Made by a program: the position numbers and the translations under genes. DNA of 64,000 bases from an uncultured Bacteroidota bacterium (GTDB taxonomy: Bacteria; Bacteroidota; Bacteroidia; Bacteroidales; CG2-30-32-10). The stretch lies in contig CAISZK010000072.1 in the NCBI GenBank assembly GCA_903889915.1, positions 1,585-65,584 on the forward strand, in the 5' to 3' direction. Of the stretch, positions 39,449 to 48,936 are shown piece by piece (positions within the stretch are counted from its first letter, which is position 1; every line of letters starts with the position of its first letter). A model generated the notes under the pieces. The model searched no databases and had not been told where the DNA came from. It saw only the letters and a list, made by a program, of their open reading frames with translations.

Positions 39449-39530
39449 AGTAAAAGGTATAAGGGAATAAGCCCCCCTTCAAATAACTTTACTACTATAC
39501 CGCCATACTTTATTCTTTCAAACCTTGATT

Positions 39531-39633
39531 TTTTCGTCAATCATGATAGATAAATTCTAATGATTGGTGATTTTCGTCAATCATAATAGATAAAATTGTA
39601 ATTTTGCATAAAATTTCAATTATGATAGATGAT
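39531..39633 (+). repeat. ~40-bp direct triplication of the ATPase gene 5' end
   Basis: ttttcgtcaatcatgatagataaa (39531-39554) and ttttcgtcaatcataatagataaa (39571-39594) are followed by tttcaattatgatagat, which overlaps the ATG at 39622. Confidence 0.75.
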
Positions 39634-40851
39634 ATTAGAAAAGCAAGACCCTATATTGAACGTCCGCTTTACATAGATCCAATCAGACCTTTTATTGGAA
39701 AGGAAATTATTAAAGTAATAACGGGACAGCGGCGTGTGGGGAAGAGTTATATTCTATTTCAACTGATGGATTTGATTGAAAAAAAAGTCCCCAAATCCAA
39801 CATTATCTATATTAATAAAGAATTCCGACCTCATTCGTTTATCAAAAACGATGCTGATTTGTACAATTATGTGCAATCAGTATTAAATAAAAAAAAGAAG
39901 AACTTTCTGTTTATTGATGAGATTCAGGAAATACAAAATTTCGAGATAGCTTTGAGAAGCCTCTTATTAGAAAACACATGCGACATTTTCTGTACAGGTA
40001 GCAATGCCAAGATGCTTTCCGGTGAGTTGTCAACTCATCTTGGAGGCAGATACATGGAGTTTCAGGTTCATAGTCTTGTGTATGTTGAATTTTTGAAATT
40101 TTTCAATTTAGAAAATACTACTGAGTCCCTATATAAATATCTTACGTTTGGTGGAATGCCTTATTTAAATGTGATAGGGCTTGAAGAAAACGCCGTTTAC
40201 GAATACCTGCGAAATGTTTATTCAACAATATTATTGAAAGATGTGGTTGCACGGGAAAACCTTCGCAGTGTGTCATTTCTTGAAAACCTTGTTGAATACC
40301 TTGCCGATAATGTGGGTAACCTATTCTCTTCTTCAAATATCAGCAAATATTTAAAATCGCAACAAATCGAGATGACCACCCAATCGGTAATAAATTATTT
40401 AAAACCCCTGTTAAATGCTTATTTTATTCACAAGGTTTCCCGTTCGGATCTGAAAGGATTGAAAATATTTGAGATTGGTGAAAAATATTATTTTGAAGAC
40501 CTTGGTCTGAGAAATTCCTTTCATGGTTTTGACAGGCTTAAAGACATAAATAAACTGATGGAAAATGCAGTGTATTTATTTTTGTTAAGTCACAATTTCG
40601 AAGTAACAATAGGTAAAATTGGGGCAACAGAAATTGATTTTGTAGCTGAAAAAAAAGGAAAAAAAATCTACGTTCAGGTCACTTACATATTAGTTGATGA
40701 AACTACTATTGAGAGAGAGTTTGGAAATCTTTTAAAGATTGAAGATAATTATCCAAAGTATGTTGTGTCTATGGATGAAAATTATCTCCACTCCAATTAT
40801 CAGGGAATAGAACAAGTTCATTTACGCAAATTCCTTTGTATGGATTTATAG
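39622..40851 (+). CDS. AAA-type ATPase with DUF4143-like C-terminal domain
   Basis: Walker A GQRRVGKSY and Walker B FLFIDEIQ. The ~410-aa architecture is typical of the AAA_14/DUF4143 family. Confidence 0.7.
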   Translation: MIDDIRKARPYIERPLYIDPIRPFIGKEIIKVITGQRRVGKSYILFQLMDLIEKKVPKSNIIYINKEFRPHSFIKNDADLYNYVQSVLNKKKKNFLFIDEIQEIQNFEIALRSLLLENTCDIFCTGSNAKMLSGELSTHLGGRYMEFQVHSLVYVEFLKFFNLENTTESLYKYLTFGGMPYLNVIGLEENAVYEYLRNVYSTILLKDVVARENLRSVSFLENLVEYLADNVGNLFSSSNISKYLKSQQIEMTTQSVINYLKPLLNAYFIHKVSRSDLKGLKIFEIGEKYYFEDLGLRNSFHGFDRLKDINKLMENAVYLFLLSHNFEVTIGKIGATEIDFVAEKKGKKIYVQVTYILVDETTIEREFGNLLKIEDNYPKYVVSMDENYLHSNYQGIEQVHLRKFLCMDL

Positions 40852-40867
40852 AAACTTACTCATATCT

Positions 40868-40917
40868 GACAATTGACCAATGACTCAATGACTATTGACT
40901 ATTGACAATTGACTATA
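40868..40917 (+). repeat. heptamer microsatellite GACNAWT x7
   Basis: gacaatt gaccaat gactcaat gactatt gactatt gacaatt gactata. Same family as the arrays at 16949 and 37790. Confidence 0.85.
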
Positions 40918-41049
40918 AACATGCTTAACTATAATTAACACTAATTTCCCCTTCCATTATTCAAATACTCAGTACTTTTACATCGGGTAAAAATTAATGG
41001 CGCAAGACGAAAAGCCTAAACAGAGTAGTCAACCTTAAAAACTTATTTT

Positions 41050-41409
41050 ATGTTATTCATTCTCAGTTTCACATTATCTGTTCTAACTTTAGCAGCAGGT
41101 GTTTTTCTTCTTATGAAGTCCAGGCAGCAGGGACTTGGAAAGTTTTTCAGCATTATGTCGTGGATCATTTTTGCTTTCGGCATCTTTGCTATTGTAGCTT
41201 CTGTTCACATGGCTGCTATGAAGCACATGATGATGCACAGGGATGGCGAATCTTTCATGACAAGACATGCCATGTTTTATGACGACGACATGGACAAAGA
41301 CATGAAATTCGAAAAGTGCGAAAAGATGTGCGATTCCAAAAAATCCTGCGATATGGATATGGAAAAGACAGTGATAAAAAAGATTGATACCATTGTAAAA
41401 AAGAAGTAG
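41050..41409 (+). CDS. small membrane protein with Met/His/Asp-rich tail
   Basis: Two N-terminal TM segments followed by HMAAMKHMMMHRDGESFMTRHAMFYDDDMDKDM...CEKMCDSKKSCDMDM. A strong terminator lies downstream. Confidence 0.5.
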   Translation: MLFILSFTLSVLTLAAGVFLLMKSRQQGLGKFFSIMSWIIFAFGIFAIVASVHMAAMKHMMMHRDGESFMTRHAMFYDDDMDKDMKFEKCEKMCDSKKSCDMDMEKTVIKKIDTIVKKK

Positions 41410-41473
41410 AACAATGGCTGAAACTAAAAAGCAAGCTTCACAGGCCCCAAGCCCGTAAAGTTTAAAGGCATTA

Positions 41474-41517
41474 AAAAGATCCATTGTACGACGCAAGTTG
41501 TACAATGGATTTTTTGT
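41474..41517 (+). terminator. rho-independent terminator
   Basis: 11-bp stem atccattgtac (41479-41489) / gtacaatggat (41500-41510), followed by TTTTTT. Confidence 0.75.
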
Positions 41518-41569
41518 TTCTCTAAAACAAACATTCTTGATTTTTTATGTGAGAAAGACATTCAATAAT

Positions 41570-41603
41570 AAAAAAAGGCAGCCTCACGACTGCCTTTTTT
41601 TAT
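41570..41603 (-). terminator. rho-independent terminator of ssb (bidirectional shape)
   Basis: Stem aggcag (41576-41581) / ctgcct (41590-41595), flanked by an A-run and a T-run, 16 bp downstream of the ssb stop. Confidence 0.6.
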
Positions 41604-41618
41604 TGCATTTCCCATTGA

Positions 41619-41951
41619 TCAGGCAATGGCAGGAAGTTCAAATGTTGTTGCCAGAATTTCAAAGATATTCTTTTTGTTACCCAGTTTATCTGTGTACTGT
41701 CTGTTGACCAATTTTCCGGTCAGTGACAACTGGATACCCTTCTTCGCAATTTCTGCTGCTTTTTCAGCAGTTTTGTTCCACATCACAATGTTGTGCCATG
41801 TTGTGTTCTTTACCCACTCGCCTGCTTTGCTCTTGTAATCTTCACTTGTAGCAAGCGAAAATCTCAGCATTTTGCTGCCATTGCTTAATGTTTTTACTTC
41901 AGGTTCTACACCAATGTACCCACTCAATTCCACTTTGTTTGTTGTTTTCAT
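41619..41951 (-). CDS. ssb: single-stranded DNA-binding protein (short, no acidic tail)
   Basis: 110-aa OB-fold pattern (VELSGYIGVEPEVKTLSNGSKMLRFSLAT ... WHNIVMW ... LTGKLVNRQY). It ends ...ELPAIA. Confidence 0.75.
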   Translation of the reverse strand: MKTTNKVELSGYIGVEPEVKTLSNGSKMLRFSLATSEDYKSKAGEWVKNTTWHNIVMWNKTAEKAAEIAKKGIQLSLTGKLVNRQYTDKLGNKKNIFEILATTFELPAIA

Positions 41952-42291
41952 AACTCTTTTTTTAATGATACTTTAAAGTTTTTTAAAATTATGATACAAA
42001 GGAACACTCTCTGCGGAAGCTGATTCGGTTATTAAGCGCTTACATTCGTTTAATATCCGTTTGTAGTCGTTTGTTGTCGGATAGTTACTTTCATTAAACT
42101 GAATTACAAGGAAATAATTGGAGTAGAGTTTTTAAGAAAATTGTTGAATAATTTTTCAATTCCTGGCTAAAATGCTATTTTTTATCCAACCTTTCATTTT
42201 ATCATTGTGATATCAGGAGTTGAAAGCAGGATGGAAATGGAAAAGAAAAATAGAAATGTAATAACTTTAATATTTAATAATGCTATTGCAA

Positions 42292-45276
42292 TTATTTTTC
42301 TGCAGCTATTTGTAACTCATTACTATCAGCAACATACTTTTTAACCGATGCCTCATTTAATTCATCTGTCAATAAATTAAAAAACCTACTGACGAGATAA
42401 TTGGCCAATCCTTTATCCTTTGAAAGCTTGTTCATGAATTTAATAGGAGGTTCAGCATTCTTCAATAAAGCTTTATCAATACTCTCTCTCAATTTAATTC
42501 TTTTAACCTCTTCAATATTATTGGCTCGGAGACTTGCCATCAAAGACATGTCTTGTTTAAGTGAGTTATACATTTCTTTTACTACTTTATCATCCTCTCC
42601 CAAATCAATGGCATATTTATCATTGATTTCCTTAACGATTACTTTTAGGACTTCTTTAGGGTCCTGACGCGGACCATACCCGCCTCCCTGTTTGTTCTCG
42701 ATAACAGCATCTTCCGGGCTAAGAATAATACTTCCGTTTTCTTCTTCCTGAATTTTGAATTTGTCCATGTCAACCATTTGAGTAACCTCCAATGGCAGGG
42801 TTTCCTTTTCATAAGGAAGGTATTTGAAAAGTAGCTTGGTGAACAAATAAAACTTCTCAAGGTCTGTATCAATAAATGTAATGATCTGCGAAATGAAGGA
42901 ATACTGACGAACATATTTGTTAACATTCTTTCTGAATTTGTCCTTATCATCAGGAGAAAGAATTAAATATTTTTCGTCAACAATCTTTTTAAAGAAGGAT
43001 GAAAGCACCTCTGATTTTACCTTCTTGCGAACAAACATTTCAATAAAGTAATCCACCTCTTCCTTTGTAAATACATCAGCTTTCTCAATTTCATATTTTA
43101 AATTGTATAGCTTCTGCTTGTCTGTTGCTTTATCAAGAATGGTGCTTTGATAATAATTTTGAAAATCGCTTTGAATATCTTCCTGTTTGTTTACAAAATC
43201 TATGATAAAAGTATCCTGCTTTCCTTTTGCTGTTCTGTTAATACGGCTAAGAGTTTGAACAGTGGCTACGCCGCCCAGAGCTTTATCAACATACATTGTG
43301 TGTAACAGAGGCTGGTCAAATCCTGTCTGGAATTTATTTGCTACGATCAAAATTTTATACCCGGGTTTTTTAAATTCTTCTGCTATATCTTTTACTTTGG
43401 GGCCATTCATATTGCCTTCAGTATATTTTTCGCCTTCAAGTTCAACAGTACCGGAAAAAGCCACCAATGTTTGAATATTCCATCCCTGTACTTTAATGAT
43501 CTTATCAAATGCTTGTTTGTAAAGTACGGCATGTGCCCTTGAACAAGTAACTAACATTGCTTTTGCCTTACCACTAATTTTATGAATAGTCTTCTCCATA
43601 AAATGATTTAGCATGATATGGCTTTTGGATGCAATAGAAAAAGGATGTTTGTTTACCTCCTTTAAAAGTAATCTTTTTGCTTTTAGTTTTTCAAATGCTT
43701 TATTGTCTTCGGCATTTTCATTTTCTATTAATTCGAAATAAGAGCTTTTTGTAATGTAATTATCCAAAACATTTAAAATAAATCCTTCATCAATCGCCTG
43801 CCGCATCGTATATTCATGGAAAGCACGAAAATTTGCTTTTTGAGAAATATCCGGGATGCCAAACAATTCTAAGGTTTTAGGTTTTGGAGTTGCAGTAAAA
43901 GCAAAGAAAGATAAATGCGCCAATTTCTGGCGGCTTGCCATTATTTTCTCTAATTGTGCTTCAACGGTATCTTTAGGTTCTTTGTTTTCATCGTCCTGTG
44001 AGATTATTTTCTTTAATGCCTCGTCTGTAGTAAGGCTCAATTTTAAATCTTTTACATTTTCACCGCTTTGGCTACTGTGAGCTTCATCAACTATTATTGC
44101 AAAACGTTTTCCATTTAGTTTGGCAACTTCACCGATATAGCCAAATTTCTGAAGCGTACTGATGATGATCTTATCACCTTCAATCAATGCCTGCAATAAT
44201 TGTTTGCTTCCTTTTTTAATACTTTTTACCGTACCATTAATTTTCTCAAATTGTTTGATCTGCTTTTGCAATTGCTTATCTAAAACTATCTTGTCGGTAA
44301 TTACAATGATGCTGTCAAATATAGGCTCCTGATTCTGTCCAAATAAATTGGCAAGTTGGTGGGCAAGCCAGGCAATGGTTTTGCTCTTGCCGCTTCCGGC
44401 GCTATGCTGAATAAGGTAATTATGCCCTGTACCGTCTTTTTTAACCTGAGCTAATAATTTACGGACACAGTCTCTCTGATGATAACGAGGAAAAACAGTG
44501 CTTATCTCCTTGGTCTTTTCATCCTCTTCATAGAAAATGTAATTGTTCAGCATTTCCAGTAAACTATCAGCCTGCAGTATTTCTTCCCATAAATAGCTGC
44601 TTGCAAATTTATCAGGTATAACAGGGTTATGTGTATCTCTGTTAAATGGAAGAAAACGGGTGTTGCCGTTTTCCAATTTTGTTGTCATCAATACTGCATT
44701 ATTATCAACAGCAAAATGCACCAAACAGTTTTTCAAAAACGGATCTTTGCTATCACGTCGTTTACTGTATTGTTCAACAGCATGAGTTAGATTTTGTCCT
44801 GTAAATTCATTTTTTAATTCTAAGGTAATTATTGGGATGCCATTAATTGCAATTACTAAATCCAAACTGTTATCCGGAAATTGGCTGCTATAATGCACTT
44901 GCCTTATAATAGAGAATCTGTTTGCTTCATAATTCTTTAAATGTTCAGGGTTCAAACCAGATGACGGTTTGAATGAAATCAATTTAATGCTTGCACCCTG
45001 CAATACAAAACCTTCGCGTAACAAAGTAAGCACACCTCTTTTATCACGAAGCTTGGAAAATTCATTGGCAACTGCTTCCATAGTGTTTGAAGGAAATTGT
45101 TTTTCTAATCTCCGCCATGTATCGGGTTGAGTATTGTGTATAAATTGCTCCAGCAATTCTTTATCCAAAATATACTCTAAATCGAAGTCTGTACTTTTAC
45201 GAAGCGTAAATAATTTACTTTCCTTTAGTAAATCAAATACAGTGTCTTCAAAATTTACTTCTCTTGTTTCACTCAT
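42292..45276 (-). CDS. hsdR: Type I restriction enzyme R subunit
   Basis: 994 aa. N-terminal PD-(D/E)xK-like DLVIAINGIPIITLELK, helicase motif I HSAGSGKS, and DEAH box IVDEAHSSQ. Confidence 0.9.
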   Translation of the reverse strand: MSETREVNFEDTVFDLLKESKLFTLRKSTDFDLEYILDKELLEQFIHNTQPDTWRRLEKQFPSNTMEAVANEFSKLRDKRGVLTLLREGFVLQGASIKLISFKPSSGLNPEHLKNYEANRFSIIRQVHYSSQFPDNSLDLVIAINGIPIITLELKNEFTGQNLTHAVEQYSKRRDSKDPFLKNCLVHFAVDNNAVLMTTKLENGNTRFLPFNRDTHNPVIPDKFASSYLWEEILQADSLLEMLNNYIFYEEDEKTKEISTVFPRYHQRDCVRKLLAQVKKDGTGHNYLIQHSAGSGKSKTIAWLAHQLANLFGQNQEPIFDSIIVITDKIVLDKQLQKQIKQFEKINGTVKSIKKGSKQLLQALIEGDKIIISTLQKFGYIGEVAKLNGKRFAIIVDEAHSSQSGENVKDLKLSLTTDEALKKIISQDDENKEPKDTVEAQLEKIMASRQKLAHLSFFAFTATPKPKTLELFGIPDISQKANFRAFHEYTMRQAIDEGFILNVLDNYITKSSYFELIENENAEDNKAFEKLKAKRLLLKEVNKHPFSIASKSHIMLNHFMEKTIHKISGKAKAMLVTCSRAHAVLYKQAFDKIIKVQGWNIQTLVAFSGTVELEGEKYTEGNMNGPKVKDIAEEFKKPGYKILIVANKFQTGFDQPLLHTMYVDKALGGVATVQTLSRINRTAKGKQDTFIIDFVNKQEDIQSDFQNYYQSTILDKATDKQKLYNLKYEIEKADVFTKEEVDYFIEMFVRKKVKSEVLSSFFKKIVDEKYLILSPDDKDKFRKNVNKYVRQYSFISQIITFIDTDLEKFYLFTKLLFKYLPYEKETLPLEVTQMVDMDKFKIQEEENGSIILSPEDAVIENKQGGGYGPRQDPKEVLKVIVKEINDKYAIDLGEDDKVVKEMYNSLKQDMSLMASLRANNIEEVKRIKLRESIDKALLKNAEPPIKFMNKLSKDKGLANYLVSRFFNLLTDELNEASVKKYVADSNELQIAAEK

Positions 45277-45287
45277 AAAAAATCCTT

Positions 45288-47135
45288 TTAATTAAAATAC
45301 TCAACAGACCAAAGCTTTTCACAAATGCGCTGAAATAATTTTAAACGTTCTCCAATATCTTTACACTTAAAATGTGGGTGAGCCTTGAATTCCAAATCCC
45401 GTATAACTTCTGAATTTAAAAAATTAGGATTTTTTGAATAAAACAAAGGATGCAGAGTTTGTGCATAAATGTTTTCTTTCAAATAGTGTTCAAGTTTATC
45501 TTCATATATATCGCTACTAAAGGATTGATTTGTTCCATTCGGCAATAGCAAAAGCGCACCAATTGAATTCCTCCAATCCTGAAATTCATTTTCCTGTTCA
45601 AATTCATCTCTATGCTCCTCAAATTTATTTGCCCAAATGTGTTCTATTTCAAATTGTTTTCCATTAGGGTGATGATAGAAAACATAATTAGTACCTTTCC
45701 CTGCAAGATTATCAATATAGCTGCTCGTACGAGAAAGTAGATGCTTTACAAATTTTCCATTTTGTCCATTTAAACAAAAATTCCAGGTACCATCCCAATC
45801 CACATCCATTTTTTCAATTTCAACAGATAAATTTTTCCCAAGCAAAGCAGTATCATTGTTCCGAATAAGTTTAATCACATTGAACATGCTATATTTAATG
45901 GAGGTTTGACCAAACTTTCGAGAATTAATTGCTCGTTTTACAGCAAAGGTTTCAATATAACGAGAAACAAAATCAATTTTCTTTTGAATTGTTTCATTAT
46001 CGTCAGCAAAATTAATGGGAGCTATTAATAATGGATTCTGTAAAGATTCTGCAATTCCCCATCGGGTTATATAATTTGCATGAGGCATGTTTGAATTAAA
46101 ATCTATTTCTGCATCCCAAATTTTCAAATACCATTTAACATAAAATGGAAATTGATTTTTGAAGAAATTATAAAAATCATCAGATGATTTTAGTTTAAAT
46201 AAAGTTCTATAATTATCCTTAAACCAATTATGAAAACGCGAACCAATCAATTCAAAATCCTTATCCTCTGAATCTACTTTTCCTGGACGGATTGAAACTG
46301 CATACTTACCCCTAAACCAAGCCTGGAAGAAGCCCTGATCTGCATTTTCATCATAATCATGAAGCTTTTGTATTTCGGTTTTCCAAAGGTCATTGATTTC
46401 ATTTCGTTGCTTTTTATCTGTAATCTTTGATAATACGAATCCCTTTAACATTTCTGTTGGGGTAAGATTTAATCCACGATCATTCATCGTTTCAAAAATC
46501 ATATAGGCATTATCATCTGAATACGCAGTAATTTCAACTAATACAACATTTTCAACGAACCAGTCAATAAAAAATGGCAATGCGTTTTGAGTTAATTCCT
46601 CAGGAAAGCATTGTTCAATATCATTATAACGTTCAACCATATTTTTAACGGTTTCATCATCATCATCCTTTATGAAATATTCCCCATTTTCAAACAATGC
46701 TTTTAAGCAAGGCTCTCTCATTTCATCACTCATGTTAAAAGATTTCTCACCGTACTTTTCAGAGAATACAAGCTCACTTATTGACACTTTTTGTTCGCTG
46801 TCTTTCTGCAAATGGTTGAGGTATATTAAAAGCAAAGTGATAGAAGTAATGCGTTGCTGCCCATCAATAATAGACTTTTTACCATTGACAGGATTAATAC
46901 TAAACACCACAGGTCCTAAATAATAATTTTGGTAATTGGCAACATCTGAACGTTTATTCTCTTCTTTATATGATTTATTAAATGTAGAAGTTAAATCTTC
47001 TACCATAAGTTTAATATGCTTTTCCTGCCAGCGAAATTCCCGTTGGAAATAATCAATTGTAAACTTCTGATCCTTTAACAATGCGCTAATGCTGGTGTCT
47101 TTGGCTTCAATTTTGTTTTTTAGTTTCTGACTCAT
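45288..47135 (-). CDS. DUF262 + DUF1524 protein (GmrSD-family Type IV restriction-like)
   Basis: N-terminal IIDGQQRITS (DGQQR motif of DUF262/ParB-like NTPase). C-terminal FEIEHIWA His-Me-finger-like motif (DUF1524). Confidence 0.7.
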   Translation of the reverse strand: MSQKLKNKIEAKDTSISALLKDQKFTIDYFQREFRWQEKHIKLMVEDLTSTFNKSYKEENKRSDVANYQNYYLGPVVFSINPVNGKKSIIDGQQRITSITLLLIYLNHLQKDSEQKVSISELVFSEKYGEKSFNMSDEMREPCLKALFENGEYFIKDDDDETVKNMVERYNDIEQCFPEELTQNALPFFIDWFVENVVLVEITAYSDDNAYMIFETMNDRGLNLTPTEMLKGFVLSKITDKKQRNEINDLWKTEIQKLHDYDENADQGFFQAWFRGKYAVSIRPGKVDSEDKDFELIGSRFHNWFKDNYRTLFKLKSSDDFYNFFKNQFPFYVKWYLKIWDAEIDFNSNMPHANYITRWGIAESLQNPLLIAPINFADDNETIQKKIDFVSRYIETFAVKRAINSRKFGQTSIKYSMFNVIKLIRNNDTALLGKNLSVEIEKMDVDWDGTWNFCLNGQNGKFVKHLLSRTSSYIDNLAGKGTNYVFYHHPNGKQFEIEHIWANKFEEHRDEFEQENEFQDWRNSIGALLLLPNGTNQSFSSDIYEDKLEHYLKENIYAQTLHPLFYSKNPNFLNSEVIRDLEFKAHPHFKCKDIGERLKLFQRICEKLWSVEYFN

Positions 47136-47146
47136 TTTATAGTATA

Positions 47147-47527
47147 TTAAAGTTTTTCTAATGATAATTTCGTGTTCGTTAATACTTTTTCAAAATCTTC
47201 ATTGACTTGTGTTGCTTTATGAAAAGACGAGAATATTTCGATAATTGAAGGATAAAGCATATCGGTTTCCATTACACGAATCTGAATGTGTTTATAAAGT
47301 TTTCTGCTTTCACTAAATAATGCTGACTGCATCTCGTAAATATCATCAGTTGCTTTTTTAATGTTTCCAAAATTATATCCAAGAGCCATTATATCCGTAT
47401 AGACATTATCCAAATAACCTTCCTTTCCAAGATCAGGGTTTGCTCGGTATGCCTCTTCTTTGACAATTTGCTCTAATTTTTCAATAAAGCATTTTTTAAT
47501 TTCAGCTAATAGCTCGTTATAATTCAT
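47147..47527 (-). CDS. hypothetical protein (126 aa) embedded in the Type I R-M operon
   Basis: ATG start, same strand, with 11-bp and 32-bp gaps to its neighbours. Predicted helical, with no recognisable motif. Confidence 0.5.
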   Translation of the reverse strand: MNYNELLAEIKKCFIEKLEQIVKEEAYRANPDLGKEGYLDNVYTDIMALGYNFGNIKKATDDIYEMQSALFSESRKLYKHIQIRVMETDMLYPSIIEIFSSFHKATQVNEDFEKVLTNTKLSLEKL

Positions 47528-47559
47528 GGTTTGTTTTTTAAATTATTTTTTATCCTATT

Positions 47560-48936
47560 TTAGTTTTCTGCGGCAATTGACAAGGGTCGCTCTTCGCTGC
47601 CATATTGATTCTCCTTCTTTTTAGCTTCCCATCCCCTCACATCTATTTTCCCCGTTACTGCCTGACTTATTAATGATGTCCGGTATTCTTGCATTAAATC
47701 TATTTGCTTTTGGTATTTGGTGATTAATGTATCAATGGTTGAGGTTTCTTTATTTATATAATCTATGATTGCCTGTTGCTCATCAATTGGAGGAATCGTA
47801 AATTCAAATATTTCAAAAACATTTTGGTATAAATGCAAAATTGTTGTTCCTGTTGTCGTAATATTTATGAATTGTGTGAATACATTTGAATTTAAAATAA
47901 AATATAAGAAATCTGATTTGTATTTCCGCAAAGGTCGAACAACAAAAACGCCACTATTTAAAGATGCAAAACCTTTCAGACCTTTAACAACTGCTGTTTT
48001 GCCAATTGTTCCGTCTTTCGTTATAAGCAAATCATCTTCTCTCAATTGAATATGTTTGTCTTGCAAATACCTTTCTTTTGTAATTTGGTAGCAAGTTTTC
48101 CAATTGACAGTTCCATTGATAAAATCTGTTCCTGTAACTAAAAATGCATATTCATTCTCGAAAAATTCATCTGACCTTAAACCATCCCAACCTATTCGTC
48201 CTTTAATATAGGAGGTGTGTTTAATTTTCCAAATCTCCCAATGTTCCGGTATATCCCCAATCCACCCAATTCCGCTCGCCTTTAACTTTACATTTTGGTC
48301 AATGCCTTTTGTTACCGCTTTATTGATAATCCCTGCCTTCTGCTCCTTCAACAATTCAATCTGCTTTTGACGGCTTGCAATAAACCTATCTATCTGCCCT
48401 GTTTTGTAATCAAGAAAACGAACGATGGAGTGTTGTTCGCGGAGGGAGGGGTATGGAATGAATATTCTTGATTGAGATGTTTTATTAATTATTGCAACAA
48501 CATTTGTCGTTGAATTCTTCCATTGCTCATCTTCACTCGCAATAAAAGAATATACTCCAAATTTTGGATTTATTTTTTCAGGATTAAAAGTAAAGGAATT
48601 TATCTGCTGATTTGTTATACAGTTAGAACCAGCAATACCAAATTTACCAATAGTGCCTATAGCACAAGTTAACAGAGAAAATTCCTTTATCAGTCTTGAG
48701 TTTTCAAGTGCTTTTTTTGTAATTTTTTCTTTACTATCAATAATTGGAGTAAACCCATTTAATTCGTCCGGTTTAACGAATAAAATATTTCCCCCTTCGT
48801 AATTTGAATTATCTACTTTGGGAGGTGTTGAGCCCGTTTCAATATTTGCTACAAATTTAAATTTAATTGCATCCCATTCTGATGGAATTTCTTTTACCCA
48901 ATCCCTTCTCTCTTTATATGCTGGATACTTTTTCAT
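47560..48936 (-). CDS. hsdS: Type I R-M specificity subunit
   Basis: Two target-recognition halves are separated by conserved coiled regions (LREQHSIVRFLDYKTGQIDRFI... and IDEQQAIIDYINKETSTIDTLI...). ATGA overlap with hsdM. Confidence 0.85.
   Translation of the reverse strand: MKKYPAYKERRDWVKEIPSEWDAIKFKFVANIETGSTPPKVDNSNYEGGNILFVKPDELNGFTPIIDSKEKITKKALENSRLIKEFSLLTCAIGTIGKFGIAGSNCITNQQINSFTFNPEKINPKFGVYSFIASEDEQWKNSTTNVVAIINKTSQSRIFIPYPSLREQHSIVRFLDYKTGQIDRFIASRQKQIELLKEQKAGIINKAVTKGIDQNVKLKASGIGWIGDIPEHWEIWKIKHTSYIKGRIGWDGLRSDEFFENEYAFLVTGTDFINGTVNWKTCYQITKERYLQDKHIQLREDDLLITKDGTIGKTAVVKGLKGFASLNSGVFVVRPLRKYKSDFLYFILNSNVFTQFINITTTGTTILHLYQNVFEIFEFTIPPIDEQQAIIDYINKETSTIDTLITKYQKQIDLMQEYRTSLISQAVTGKIDVRGWEAKKKENQYGSEERPLSIAAEN

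Noticed and set aside
37738-39463. AGTAAAA(A)GGTATAAG on both flanks of glyQS, and other shared short k-mers (AAGTAAAAGGT after tal, GTTCTCAGTG at 3450 and 54035, TTTGCACAATAAAAA at 18746 and 28866)
   Set aside because: Matches of 10-16 nt in AT-rich sequence are expected by chance among the roughly 4e9 position pairs in a 64-kb window on both strands. They are not treated as evidence of duplication or a motif.
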